Part shown: positions 1 through 12,893 of the stretch, piece after piece
Layout: each line of letters begins with the position of its first letter
Position numbering within the stretch: the first letter of the stretch is position 1
Source of the DNA: Ophelia neglecta
Taxonomy: Eukaryota
NCBI GenBank assembly: GCA_965285935.1
Contig: OZ260661.1
Coordinates: forward strand, 18,786,001-18,850,000
Length of the DNA stretch: 64,000 nucleotides
Reading direction: 5' to 3'
Program-made: the position numbers and the translations under genes
The notes under the pieces: generated by a model
Database searches by the model: none
What the model was told of the DNA's origin: nothing
The model's input: the letters and a program-made list of their open reading frames with translations, nothing else

Positions 1-614
1 CCATCATGTGCCTGTCACTTGTAATAATACAACGTGATCACCGCATGATCAGAAGCACTTAAACTGCTATACAAATATATCCTTTAACTAGATCGATGCA
101 CTCGGGCATTTGAATGTCATATGATGAAGGCAATATGGCTGAGGTTTAGGTCCGAAGTGAACCAATGACTACATAGGCATTGATAACAACAAATATGTAG
201 GTTTAATATTGACATAAGCTGGGCCGACCACCCGGCCAAACTTTTAAGTCAGTTGATCCACTATATAGAGAGTCTGTAGGCTGCCCGAACTGTACACTCA
301 TACTACTGTCACAAGGTGATGGATTGTACCTGAAGTTGCAACTTGGATGTCGAGTGTACGAGAGTAGTACATGGGCCAACTTTGTATTACCATGTTAAAT
401 AATACTAAAAAATATATAGAACGCAAGAAAAGATGCATGTGTCAAACTATTACCGCTCTTGCCGGAGGCACACTGAATAACCATTCATTAATCTAGACCA
501 TACAATATATGAGTGTCAACTGTTTCCTAAAATATCTTAACATTTTTACAAATATTTATACAAAGGTTCGTTTGGTTTGGAGACACGCCCGCTTATTATA
601 AACAAGGGGTCCGT

Positions 615-1290
615 CAGTGACCTGGGAGAGAGTAAGCCAGCCAGTAGCCTTTGGGTCAGTCAGCCATCCAGTCATTGACCATGGACAGAGTAATCCTGTA
701 AGGGACTTGGGAGAGGGTCAGCCAGCCACTAGCCTCGGAGACAGACTGTCATTGGACCTGGAGAGTGACAAGCGTGCAGGGAGAATTCAATGAGTGACCT
801 GGGAGAGGGTCTGCCAGTAACTATCTTTATAGGGGTCAGCTGTCAGTGACCTGGCCTAGCCAGTTAGTGATCTGGTCAGCCAGTCTCTGGCCCGGCGGGT
901 CACTCGCCTAGGAGGGAGTCAACCAGTGAGTGACCCAGGAAAGGGTCAGCCAGTCATTGACTTTGGACCGGGTCAGCAAGTCATAAGCGTGGGGGGGGGG
1001 GATCCGTTTGTCAATGATTTGGGAGAGGGTCAGTCAGTCATTGACCTGGGAGAGAGTATGCTAATCGATAACGTGGGACAACGTCAGCCAGCCCTGGGAC
1101 TTGGGAGAGGGTCTGTAACTCACTAGCCTTTCCAGCCATCCAGTCCGTGACCTGGAAGAGGGTCAGCCAGTCACTAACCTTATATAAGTCAGTCAGTCAG
1201 TCACCTGGGAGAGGGTTCACCTAGTAATTTGCCAGTGAGAGACTCATCAATCCGGTGAACATGGAGAGAGTCAGTCAGTCTTTAGCCCGG
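615..1290 (+). repeat. Degenerate minisatellite, ~27-bp unit (consensus ~GTGACCTGGGAGAGGGTCAGCCAGTCA); resumes at ~2053-2165
   Basis: Recurrent gacctgggagagggtcagccagtca variants at ~617, 703, 793, 929, 1017, 1040, 1147, 1200 and again at 2053-2165. Confidence 0.75.
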
Positions 1291-1824
1291 CAGAGAAAGC
1301 CGAACTTTTTTGACTTACGGGTAAGGCGCTATATTTCCAGCCTTATCTGGTTTGTAGGTCTATACAGGAACAAATAAAAAATCAATTGGTCTTAGTCGAT
1401 TCAGATTTACAGTTATAGATCCGTCTACAAATAGAGATTTTTGACCGACTTTGAAATGTTGTCGCTTTTTTATAATGGCGCATCTGGTCAATAAGCTTTC
1501 TAAACTATGTATGGGACTGCGAGACCGCACACATATAGCGGCGGTTTACATGCATGTGCGAACGGTCGCGCATTCAGCTGTGGCGTTTAGTCCGTACCGG
1601 TGATGTTTGCCATGGCAGACAGCTTTTTAAAGTCTGTGAAAAACTTCTATTTTCATATGGACATAAATCTTGTACGCTGAATCGAATACCACAAAACGAT
1701 TGTGTATTTGTCCACGTTAGCGTAGGCCCACACCATAGCAACGGGAAAATAGAGCATTACCCGTCAGTCTAAAAAGTTCGGCTTTCACCACAGGGAGTAG
1801 ATGGCTCGCTCCATAGCTCTATGG
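1291..1824. mobile_element. Non-autonomous TIR element (MITE-like), left end probably truncated
   Basis: gaaagccgaacttttttgacttacgggtaaggcgctatatttcc (~1295-1338) is an imperfect inverted copy of ggaaaatagagcattacccgtcagtctaaaaagttcggctttc (~1744-1786); no TSD resolved. Confidence 0.6.
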
Positions 1825-4400
1825 TCCCAAGTTAGACATAGTTAACCAAAATGACATTAGAAATTGACCCAGAGCTATGAATCTTAGCTATGCTTAATCG
1901 TTCTTAACTTGCTAATCTTTCTGAAAGCATGTTTGTTATTACACCTAAATCTAACCATTTCGGTCTTAAAATCAATCATAGTTAATTGCTAATAGGCTTA
2001 TTCAATCTGTAAACTTCAGACAGCTTCCAGGAACCGCGCCCTGGAATTTTTGGTCAGCCAGCCATTCGCCTGGGAGAGTCAGCCAATCACAAGCCTGATA
2101 GGTCCTGTCAGTGGCTTTGAAAAGGGTCACCCAGTCTTGAAAAGAGTCAGCCAGTCAGTGACCCGGAGGTTGATCCAATAACCTACACTGGGAGCACTGT
2201 AGCAACTAACTAGGTGAAATTTCAATCTCCTAAAAGGGGATAACTGTAATCAAATACATAGTGGTACCTGTAAAAAACTTAACTGGTACCACCTTAGCCA
2301 CCCCATGAGCATTTACATAGTGCAGAGTTGCTCAACAGTATAATTTTTTAATAAGTGGGCATTTGAAAAGTCCTGTACACACCAAGTAATATTCATTCAT
2401 TACATGCGCAATGTTTACAAAACACTCTTGCTATAAAGTGACTGAGAGTTGCTTGTCAGTACAACTATTGTTATTTAAATAGTGGGCAAAACTATTGTCC
2501 TGTACGTATCCAGTTATATACAATCCTTACAAAACACTCATATTCATATCAATGTGAATCTAACAGGCTTAGAAAGTAAGTGAAACTTACCAGATCTTTA
2601 ATGTTTTATCCTGGTAATGGCGAACAAAAACTTCTAAAAAGAGAGTTCAACCTAGAGAATATTATATCAGTGTACAACTGCTACAGGTGCACGTCTAGCA
2701 GGGAATGACTTAACCTGTCATGTTGAACGTATTAATTACCGGTTAAAGTTTGACTATGCTAGTTGATTATACATTCCCAGGATTCAATCGTCATTTGAAG
2801 TGTCAACATGACCCAGATTTCACTATGTGTGTATTGGCTCCGGGGTTTAATGATTTAGTTCAATTGAAAAAATATATATGTCTACAAATTTATAATTTTA
2901 AGAAATCGTCCACTTTTAAAGTAAAAAAGGCACATTCGACATTCATTTTCCATATTAAACAATTATATTTTCAGTTGTATGTTTTCAAAAAGCCTTTTTA
3001 ATGATTTAACCACAGTAATCGTAGGTCTTAATGATTACTAAGTAGCACGGTCTATGAAAACTTAATGAAATACAATAAGGCAACTGCTAAATAAGACTTC
3101 ACACAGGCATAACGAGGTGGATCTCCATTTATCTACTGCATTTTACCACGTCTGTTTACCCCAGTTTAGGGAATGCAATACCCTTTGGTACAATACATGT
3201 GATATGTCTATTATTTTAAATCTTCTTATTGACAAATTAATAGCTAGTTGAGTATATTTCATGTATGCTATTTACTAGTAATAAAACCCACCTTGATATA
3301 ATTTGAGGGAGAAATGACTGCAAGCCGAATCATGCTTTTATGAGATTTTTCCACTTTCCTGATTTCAAAGAATATTTGTATGCTATGGTCTCAACATTGT
3401 TTGAGTTTTCAACATTGAAACAATGTCATTATTACTTTATTGGCGATTATTTCAATTCGGAAAATTCTCAAAACTTTTCTCGGAACAAATATTTAATTTT
3501 TTTTTTTGAAAAAGATTGAATGCCATATTTGACCAGTAAACATCAGACCGACATTGAGCAAAATATAATTAATTATATACATAATAGACCTATGGACGTT
3601 AATACAGCAGCACAGTTTTAAGCGGGTCCCGCAGGCTTAAATTAATCATATTAAACCGAGTCAGTTTGTTTAAATGTACCAACTTGCTCCCCACGTAAAA
3701 TGAGCAGAAAGTGATTCTATATTATGTATTGTAGACATTTTTTTTGTTTTTTTAATTTAATTAAATTTAATCATACAGTTGGGAGTTCGGTAATTTTGAT
3801 GCAAGCCTAATGAACTATTAGCACGCTTTACCTATGACAAAAGTAAATGATTGAACATTTTAACTGCAAATCTTTATAAAAGGCTGATCCGATTAGCAAT
3901 AAAATTACGAAATCAACACTAATAATCGTTTTTAAAGTTTTTTATCCTCAAGTCATTGAATGTATAGAGATCTGGTGCAGTGCATGTCAATATGATATGT
4001 TAACTATTATAAAACATGTTAACATTATAAAAATAAGTCTATGGGCATACCACACAGAGAGCGCATCCTTCACCCTATTTCTCAGAATTAAAACACAACC
4101 AATGTCTATCCCACAAAGCTATTATTTGCATGTTTACATTTAATCATGCGTCGGTATTACACCTGTCCCAAGAAATATTCATACTAAAGTCTGCTATTCG
4201 CTCCTACCTAACTAGACAATCCCATAAAAAATGCAACCGAGCAATGCAAACAGCATGGAAGAATTCATATAGCTACAAACTGACCGACCATTATTTACCA
4301 TCATTTACTGGATAGATTAAATGTATAGTGTAGTATGAATATATCCAATCTTAAAACAGCTAATCTCCCATCTTTAAAACCGCATTAACTATTCTAATAG

Positions 4401-6881
4401 TTATGTCCCCCGGAAGGGGGACATTTTATTTTTGTCAAAATTCCCGTGAGGCCTGCGCCGTGCGCCGTGAGCCGTGAGCTGTGAGCCGTGAGCAGTGAGC
4501 CGTGTGCCGTGAGCCGTGATCACAAAACGACGTCAGGGGAATAACTCGAAAAATATTGAAGATATCATCATAACATTTTTTGTGCATCTTCAGGACAACA
4601 TGAAGTTGCTTGGGATTGAAATTCAGCAAAATCTGGGAAACAAGATGGCCGCCATATGCATTTCTATCATATAATTTCAATGTCTCCCCACGGCTGAACG
4701 GTGCAAGCTAGCCACATAGAATGTATCGAACACCTATAGGAAATCATATACAAGGAATCTACTGGTGACATCAAATTTGACCTTGACCTCTTTTTTCAAG
4801 GTCAAATTGCACAAACTTATATTTCAATGGAAAAAGGACGTCCGGGCAATAACTCGAAAAATATTGAAGATATCATCATAACATATTTTGTGCATCTTAA
4901 GGACAACAAGAAGTTGCTTGGGATTGAAATTCAGCAAAATCTGGGAAACAAGATGGCCGCCATATGCATTTCTATCATATAATTTCAATGTCTCCCCACG
5001 GCTGAACGGTGCAAGCTAGCCACATAGAATGTATTGAACACCTATAGGAAATCATATACAAGGAATCTACTGGTGACATCAAATTTGACCTTGACCTCTT
5101 TTTTCAAGGTCAAATTGCAAAAACTTATATTTCAATGGAAAAAGGACGTCCGGGCAATAACTCGAAAAATATTGAAGATATCATCATAACATTTTTTGTG
5201 CATCTTCAGGACAACAAGAAGTTGCTTGGGATTGAAATTCAGCAAAATCTGGGAAACAAGATGGCCGCCATATGCATTTCTATCATATAATTTCAATGTC
5301 TCCCTACGGCTGAACGGTGCAAGCTAGCCACATAGAATGTATTGAACACCTATAGGAAATCATATACAAGGAATCTACTGGTGACATATAATTTGACCTT
5401 GACCTCTTTTTTCAAGGTCAAATTGCAAAAACTTATATTTCAATGGAAAAAGGACGTCCGATCAATAACTCGAAAAATATTGAAGATATCATCATAACAT
5501 TTTTTGTGCATCTTCAGGACAACAAGAAATTGCTTGGGATTGAAATTCAGCAAAATCTGGGAAACAAAATGGCCGCCATATGCATTTCTATCATATAATT
5601 TCAATGTCTCCCTACGGCTGAACGGTGCAAGCTAGCCACATAGAATGTATTGAACACCTATAGGAAATCATATACAAGGAATCTACTGGTGACATCTAAT
5701 TTGACCTTGACCTCTTTTTTCAAGGTCAAATTGCAAAAACTTATATTTCAATGAAAAAAGTACGTCCGATCAATAACTCGAAAAATATTGATGATATCAT
5801 AACATTTTTTGTGCATCTTCAGGACAACAAGAAGTTGCTTGGGATTGAAATTCAGCAAAATCTGGGAAACAAGATGGCCACCCTATGCATTTCTATCATA
5901 TAATTTCAATGTCTCCCCACGGCTGAATGGCTCAAGCTAGCCACATAGAATGTATTGAACACCTATAGGAAATCATATACAAGGAATCTACTGGTGACAT
6001 CTAATTTGACCTTGACCTCTTTTTTCAAGGTCAAATTGCAAAAACTTATATTTCAATGGAAAAAGGACGTCCGATCAATAACTCGAAAACTATTGAAGAT
6101 ATCTTCACAAAATTGGGGACCTTCAGCACCTCAAGAAGTTGGTTGGGATTGAAATTCAGCCAAACCTGATCATCCAGATGGCCGCCAAAGATTCCTGAAA
6201 TTTCCATCATACAAATTCAATGTCTCCGCATGAATGAACGATGGAATATAGCCATATAGAATGTATTGAACTCATATAGGGAATCATATACAAGGAATCT
6301 GAATCATATACAATACGTTTTTTAGTTATCACGAAGCAGCATGTTTAGAACTTCATTCTGAATAAAGAAGAATTTTCCGGGTAAGTTATTTAGGGCCTAA
6401 CTGGTAGCTCCGGCCCAACTATTGCTTGGTGGAACATGAGGCTATGAATGAAGGTTAAACCTGCGGGCCAGCTCATCTTGAACATTCCAAGTGTTCTATC
6501 AAGCTATAGACAGGACAATGTACATGTATCATTAAAATCATTCTGCAACGTTCATATCTACAGAGATGCATGACTTCTCTGATATGTTCTTTCCCCATTT
6601 TATACCAATTACCACATTATATTAGTTTTAAACATATTGAAGTTGGGTAATACGGGTTTCTGATTAGCCTGTATCCATAAGATTGCATGGGTGTGATACT
6701 GATTTCTACCCTCCTGCAGATAGTGTCCATCACTGCACCTGCCTAATATCTATAGTGCATAATGGTTCTGCCATATGAGAATTGCCCTTTTTATACAACC
6801 ATGTTTCACTACACATCCCATTCTTGTGTTGGCTTTCCGGGGGACAAATCACAGGTGGCACCTGTTGAGTTCAGTCTAGTT
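4401..6881 (+). mobile_element. Helentron-associated non-autonomous element (HINE / DINE-1 / Pearl-like)
   Basis: 5' subTIR tgtcccccggaa (4404-4415) followed by its short inverted copy gggggaca; (gccgtga)n microsatellite at ~4445-4519; internal tandem array; 3' subTIR ttccgggggaca (6835-6846), hairpin acaggtggcacctgt (6851-6865) and ctagtt end; T-rich flanks with no TSD. Confidence 0.85.
4531..6310 (+). repeat. Tandem array of ~308-bp units (5 full plus 1 diverged partial) inside the HINE
   Basis: Anchor ataactcgaaaa at 4541, 4849, 5157, 5465, 5773 and 6078 (periods 308, 308, 308, 308, 305); each full unit has the hairpin tttgaccttga...tcaaggtcaaa. Confidence 0.95.
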
Positions 6882-7594
6882 TATATTTGAGTCACTCTGT
6901 ATAATTGAGCAGGTACTTTTTGTTTGTTTTTTTCCCTTTTGCTGTTTTTTTTGTAACCAAATCTCTGTCCATGATTATATTACTATTGTATGTGGAAACG
7001 ACATTAAAATAATGATCAGATCAGTCAATATCCAAATTCACAAATTCAACCGTTGACTACTTTGGTGGTATCAAATATACAAATTAATAAATAATTTGGT
7101 ACAGAACGAGGACTTACCCCAGCTCACCCCCCCCCCCCCCACCCGAGTGTTTGACGTTTATATCGTTGACCCCAGATCAAACTACTCTTTGTCAGCCTGG
7201 ATTGTACTACATGGTATATGTAATGTATGCATGGACCATACCGGGCACACCTTACTTATATCGGTGTATGTACATGCGCGGAGTGTGGATACGCATTTTC
7301 AGTGGCGGCATCTGGGGTACATCACATAATGAGATATGATAGATACAGAAGGTGGAGGGGCAGATTTATCCATTCCTCCTCCACCCAGAGATACCCCCCC
7401 CCCCAACCCTGCCACCATCCTTCGTGCCCAGGGAATATATTTCTACACTTTGGAATTAAAGCTATCCGGGTCAAAGACGGTATCAAAAAGAAACCTGTTG
7501 ATGTATTTCCTATCTACATTATCTGGCTTTCACGTCCCTTCCTATTTATACTAGGAAGGCCCATTTGCTTCCTACAAGCACGTTTTATTCTCAG

Positions 7595-8451
7595 GCAACC
7601 ATTAAATGCCAACATACTAGTTACCCACTCCCTGACCCATCCCACAGCGCCTTCCTCCTTCAAACATCTACAGTTTTAGGTTCGCGACATTTCCCTTGCT
7701 GTGCCCCCCCCCCCCCCCAACACTAACACACATTCATGCACTCCAAGATTTAACAGTCCTTTAATATGAAAATGTCTATGACATCAACCAGCCTCTTCTA
7801 CCCTAACGCAGCCCACAAATTAATTATTTTCTAAAACGTTAAATGTGCCAAAGTTAGGGTCTGATTCTGATCATTTCTTGTCAGGAATATATTCCAATTT
7901 ACAGTACACGTTTATTTGGAGCAGGGCGGAATAATTCCAATTCTACCCCAAAATATATATTTTGTGGCAGAATCTGTAACTCAGTCAATTATATATTTCT
8001 TTAAAGTTTGGCAGAATTTGACAGACATATATTCACTTATTAAAAAATGTTCGCTGTCAACTCCCAAAGTATATTTCTATGGAGTATTTGGCATTTTTGA
8101 CCCTGACTAATGGCCAAAATACCTGACCGGACAAAAAAAACACTGACATTATATTTAAAATCAAGTGTTTGCTTTATAGTTCACAATATTTGCAGAATAT
8201 GCTAGTGCCTGCAACCATTAAATGCCAACATACTAGTTACCCACTCCCTGACCCATCCCACAGCGCCTTCCTCCTAACATCTACAGCCTTCGTTTGAGGT
8301 TCGCGACATTTCCCTTGCTGTGCCCCCCCCCCCCCACACACACACACACACACACACTAACACACATTCACGCACTCAGTTTTAACAGTTCTTTAATATG
8401 AAAATGTCTATGACATCAACCAGCCTCTTCTACCCTAACGCAGCCCACAAA
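7595..8451 (+). repeat. ~225-240-bp direct duplication (7595-7819 / 8211-8451) flanking a ~390-bp fragment of a dispersed repeat also found at ~32422-32768
   Basis: gcaaccattaaatgccaacatactag...cagcccacaaa occurs twice; the intervening ctaaaacgttaaatgtgccaaagttagggtctg...gctagtg matches the 32.4-32.8 kb copy. Confidence 0.85.
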
Positions 8452-10086
8452 CACAACATGGTATCCACATACCACAACTACAGGCTTTAACAGCTTTACC
8501 AGGGGCCCGTTTCATGTACCTCGATTAGCGGGCTAGCACGCTAACTCTCCCGCTAAGCGAGCTCGAGCTCGCTTGCTTAAGCTTTAGCAAGCTAAGTTGT
8601 TATGGAAACCAAGCGAGATGTTAGAACGAGGTTAAAGCTGCTCCTAGCAGATTTACTGGCATGCTAAGCGAGAGAAAAATGGCAGCCCCCGTACCAGTTG
8701 CTGTTAGAGTTCTTCTTCTCCGCAGGATCCTAAGACGGGAGCGTGGGTTTAGGGACCGAAAGGACCCACTTGCTTTGCCTGATGATGTACTGATCGAGCG
8801 GTACCGGTTTTCCAGGGATGGCATTCTTTATTTACACTTTTTGCTGCAGCAGACTCTCAATCACGACACAGAAAGGAGTAAAGCTTTGTCAGCCATTCAA
8901 CAAATTTGCATTGGCCTACGATTTCTCGCCTGTGGTACCTTTCTCTACACCGTTGGTGATGCTGAAAGCCTGTCTAAGGCCACAGTTTGTCGTGCTGTTT
9001 GGAGATTTGTCAATGCTATGAAAGAATACATGCCGGCATTTGTCAGCTTCCCTGGACATGTCCCTCTAGGAGTCATAAAGCAACAGTTTTATGAAGTCGC
9101 AGGTATAAAATCACAATTTTTCTCAATAGCGCCAATGAAAAATAGGCTTAAAATAAATATAATTTATACAATTCCCCAGACAATCAACGTTCAATTGCTC
9201 AACATTATAATTAGTAAACTGTCTGCAATATGTTTCTTAGAAATGACATAGCAATATATTTTTATGAGGGTGGCGGTGGGGTTGGATTTAAATATGAATC
9301 CAGGCTCTGGGTGTCATGCAAGTATGAGCCTAGCAAGCATCAAATTTTTAATTTAGCCTGGATATACTGTTGTCATCAAACCATAAGTGTAAATATAATA
9401 CCAACATGCATACCACAGAGGGAAATTAAGTTAGATCTAAAAAAATTTTAAATGAACATAATGGGTTGTACAAATACGGACTCCCTATCGATGCCTACTA
9501 TGCTTTGGTTGTAGGCTACTATGTATTTCTTTTAACATGGAGCCAAGGCAAAAACATTAATAATGGCAACACTATCTTATATAACGATTAGAATGCCAAA
9601 GAAATTGAAAAGTATTATTCTTCTAGGTAAGAAGCATATATGAGTCTGGGGCTCATATATGCAAGTCTAGTGCCATGTTTATGAAATAAAGTAGAGGATA
9701 GTAAATTGGCCATTGCATGAGATCTATACTCATTTCAAAATTTTATGAAATGTAATTCCTGATGGCCAGCTCTAATGGACAAGGCTGTAGCAACCATCAT
9801 TCCAAGTTGCATAATTTATAGCCACCCAACTCCAATCACTATACAGGGAACAACCTTACAACCCCTGGGGAAATACTTGCCACCTCCCCTGCCCAGAGAT
9901 ATTCACTGACATATTTCAACTAAAACATTCCATTGAAAATGTATTTTCATATAATTACCATTTTTCTATCCCTTAAGGGTTCCCTAATGTGATCGGTGCT
10001 GTAGATTGCACACATGTGCGAATAAAAGCACCTGTTAAGAATGACCCAGTCGTCCTTGAAGTAGATTTTGTCAATAGGAAAGGTTA

Positions 10087-10362
10087 GGGACGGACCATTC
10101 AATATCTGGGGGGGGGGGGGGGGCGACAAATTTAAAAAAAAAAATTGTTTGTTTCTGGTTATGCATAAAAAATTTTTTTTTTTTAAAGTTTGATCAAGGC
10201 TAGGGAAAAAATATTTGACTGAGATTTGTTAGAAAAAAAAATTGTTTGCTTCCCAGATAGGAAAAAATAAATTGTTTGTTTGTCCAAAGCTAGAAAAATT
10301 TTTGTTTCACTAGAAAATATTTTGTCCCCCCCCCCCCCCCCAAATATCTAATGGTGCGTCCC
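10087..10362. mobile_element. Tourist-like (PIF/Harbinger) MITE inserted in transposase exon 2
   Basis: TIRs gggacggaccattcaatatctgggg / ccccaaatatctaatggtgcgtccc; TTA TSD; same family at 37481, 39454, 51679 and 53619. Confidence 0.92.
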
Positions 10363-11730
10363 TTACCATAGTTTGAATGTTCAGGTAAGAAAAGCAGGGT
10401 ATTAGCAGCATGGAATTCCTTATTATTGGCAGATTACATGCTTCGGCTTATTTGCTTGCTCCTTGTAGGAACACCAAGTGGGATTATAAATTTGTACATC
10501 CATATTACTGCACAACAGCAATCGACAAGAGATTTCTGACTCAACAGTTGAAAGTAGACACATAGACACATTATATGTTAAATATATATACTATCTAATT
10601 TTATTTAATATCCATTTGCAACACACATTCTTAGCTTGACGGAAATGTATGACAATTCTAAAGAACTATTTTTGACTGTTTAACATCCCTAAAATTTGTA
10701 TGTGTATCAATTACAGATGGTCTGTGATGCAAATTTACTGATTACCAATGTTGTCGCAAAGTTGCCAGGTGCAACACATGACTCGAGGATATTGAGTGAG
10801 AGTGAAATAGGGGCAGCACTTGAGAGAAGTAAGTGCTAAAAAGTATTAAACTCCTAGTATAAAGTAACAAACAAATAATAGTATGTAATTTAACTAATGA
10901 ATACACATATATAAATGTAGTAAATTTTTCTTTGTAGAAGTCTAAAGTTCATAACCAGTCTGTTGACCTTAATGACCATTCTATGATGAGAACATTTTTC
11001 ACTGAAGCCCCTTCAAGTTTGGTTGGTATTCGATACCTAAGATCCAAGTCAACCTGTATAATCTGACCACCTCCCAAAAGCCTCATTTGGTAAATCGCTA
11101 TGTAGGCCTGCTCCTCAGCAACACTTCAGGGTACTATCAGGACTAGTTGATTTGGTGAATGTTACTCTGGAAGGAAGACAAAAGATTAATTTATAGTTAG
11201 AGAAATAAATCATAGCCATGGGAACTACCCACTTGAGGGCCTACTTCGGATAGTTGATTAAGTGTACCTTTATTTTGAAATGAATTATGAAGTGTTTGTG
11301 GTGAAAATCTCTTTAATAGCACAGACACATGTACCTATAATTATGCAGCCCCCAGAAAGAAGATGCATTAAGTTCAACGAGGTTATTGATAAACAATACA
11401 TAATAAATATTAGAAAAAGCAAAATGGTGCGTAATAGAATTATGAAAAAATCCATGTGAGGCCTGGGAATTAACTAGGCTAAGAAAGAGGTGGTATGGGG
11501 AATGCTATTCACGCTTTCGAAAAAAAAATTCTGTGGGGTGCCTCTGAGCCGAATCCGGTATTGAATTTTGTGAGTGGTGGGGAATAAAAATGTTTTTTGT
11601 GAGGCAGAGATCACATCTATTTGTATTTTATAGCTGGTGTCCCTGCAAAAAAATATCAGGACCACTGGCCCATATACTTTATAATGGAACAGCCTAAATC
11701 AAGGAATTTATTAATATACCTAATTCTTAT

Positions 11731-12193
11731 TGTAACTGCTGAGGTTCAGCAATATTTGTTTTTAGTTACTACTTACCTTATGCTTGGATTGTCTGCCGTC
11801 TGCGGTAGTAGTTTAGTTTCGATAACGATTCTTATGAAATACTCACCGCGTTATTGAAGGATCCCGCTGGGCGGAAGTAGAATTAGTGATGGACATATTT
11901 GTGTTAAGAAGAAAACACAAGTCTTCCTGAAAGTCATGATTTATCAAGAAATTGTTTAACTATTAATGATACAAAGATATGAGTCAGGCACAGAGGTATG
12001 TTGGTCATTGAATTTATATTACTGTAAGGATATGTTTGGTTTATAAAGGTTAATGCTTCGATATTGTAAACACGCTATGTAAACGCGCTATGTATAAGGT
12101 ACTTTTATGTGAACATCTGTACTTAGGGTACGTTGTATTGTTTCAGTTTCACGTCAAAATTACAAAGAATAAAGATAGCTTACCGCAAGCACA
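11731..12193 (+). repeat. 5' LTR
   Basis: tgtaactgctgagg...caagcaca; AATAAA near its 3' end; one visible mismatch to the 3' LTR. Confidence 0.95.
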
Positions 12194-12227
12194 GTGAAAC
12201 TCTACCTTCAACTCATAATCACTGATA

Positions 12228-12893
12228 ATGGCTGAAAAGAAAGATAAAGGAAGCGGACAACTTGCCGGACAAGTGGCTAAAGGCGAAGCTCTTACAAGCC
12301 GGTATGGAAGAGAAATCAGGCCCACTGAAAGGATGGCGACATTTGTGAAGGATCAGCGAGAAAAGGTCTGTCATATATTATATCACAAGTTGAGCCAAAT
12401 GATGGACTACATAACTAAAGAAATCAAGACTGAATGTGCTCCAGATAAAGTCCATGCAATGTATGGTGAGTTCCTGTCTATTTATGAAGAGTGTATCAGA
12501 GCTGATGAACAACAAATGAACTTGATGTCTGTAGAAGATAGAGCCCTGTATGCAAAATTTAATGAAGATAGACAAGGAGAATTCAGGAATTTTAAGTGTT
12601 ACGTAGAACTGTTTCTCACTCGACCCCCTGCTAACACACCCACGGTGGAGCCACAGGACAGTGTATCACAAGTATCACGTAGATCAACATCTTCAAAGAT
12701 GAGCTCTCGTGCCAGCCTCAAATTATTAGAAGAAGAGGAAAAGCAGGCCGTGCTCGCCGCCCGGTCTCTTGCTTTGAAGGCCGAACATGAACTCAATTTA
12801 GAAAAAACAGCTATTGAAAATGAGATGCACAGGACCAGAATAGAGATTGAAAGGAGAGAAAAGGAGTTGAATCTACATGATGGCTATCAGTAA
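12228..12893 (+). CDS. BEL/Pao Gag N-terminal coiled-coil part (out of frame with the downstream polyprotein)
   Basis: 221-aa ORF with the EPQDSVSQV...SSRAS Ser-rich motif and a coiled coil typical of BEL Gag N-termini; overlaps the next ORF by 17 nt. Confidence 0.75.
   Translation: MAEKKDKGSGQLAGQVAKGEALTSRYGREIRPTERMATFVKDQREKVCHILYHKLSQMMDYITKEIKTECAPDKVHAMYGEFLSIYEECIRADEQQMNLMSVEDRALYAKFNEDRQGEFRNFKCYVELFLTRPPANTPTVEPQDSVSQVSRRSTSSKMSSRASLKLLEEEEKQAVLAARSLALKAEHELNLEKTAIENEMHRTRIEIERREKELNLHDGYQ

Noticed and set aside
926-1126. 66-aa repetitive ORF
   Set aside because: Translation of the 27-bp minisatellite; non-ATG start and no coding support
2585-2660. Isolated minus-strand exon-like segment (also ~34865-34905)
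   Set aside because: Splice-like signals only; no recognisable protein or linked exons
4531-6310. Regular repeats as a CRISPR array
   Set aside because: Units are contiguous near-identical 308-mers with no unique spacers, no cas genes, and the context is eukaryotic
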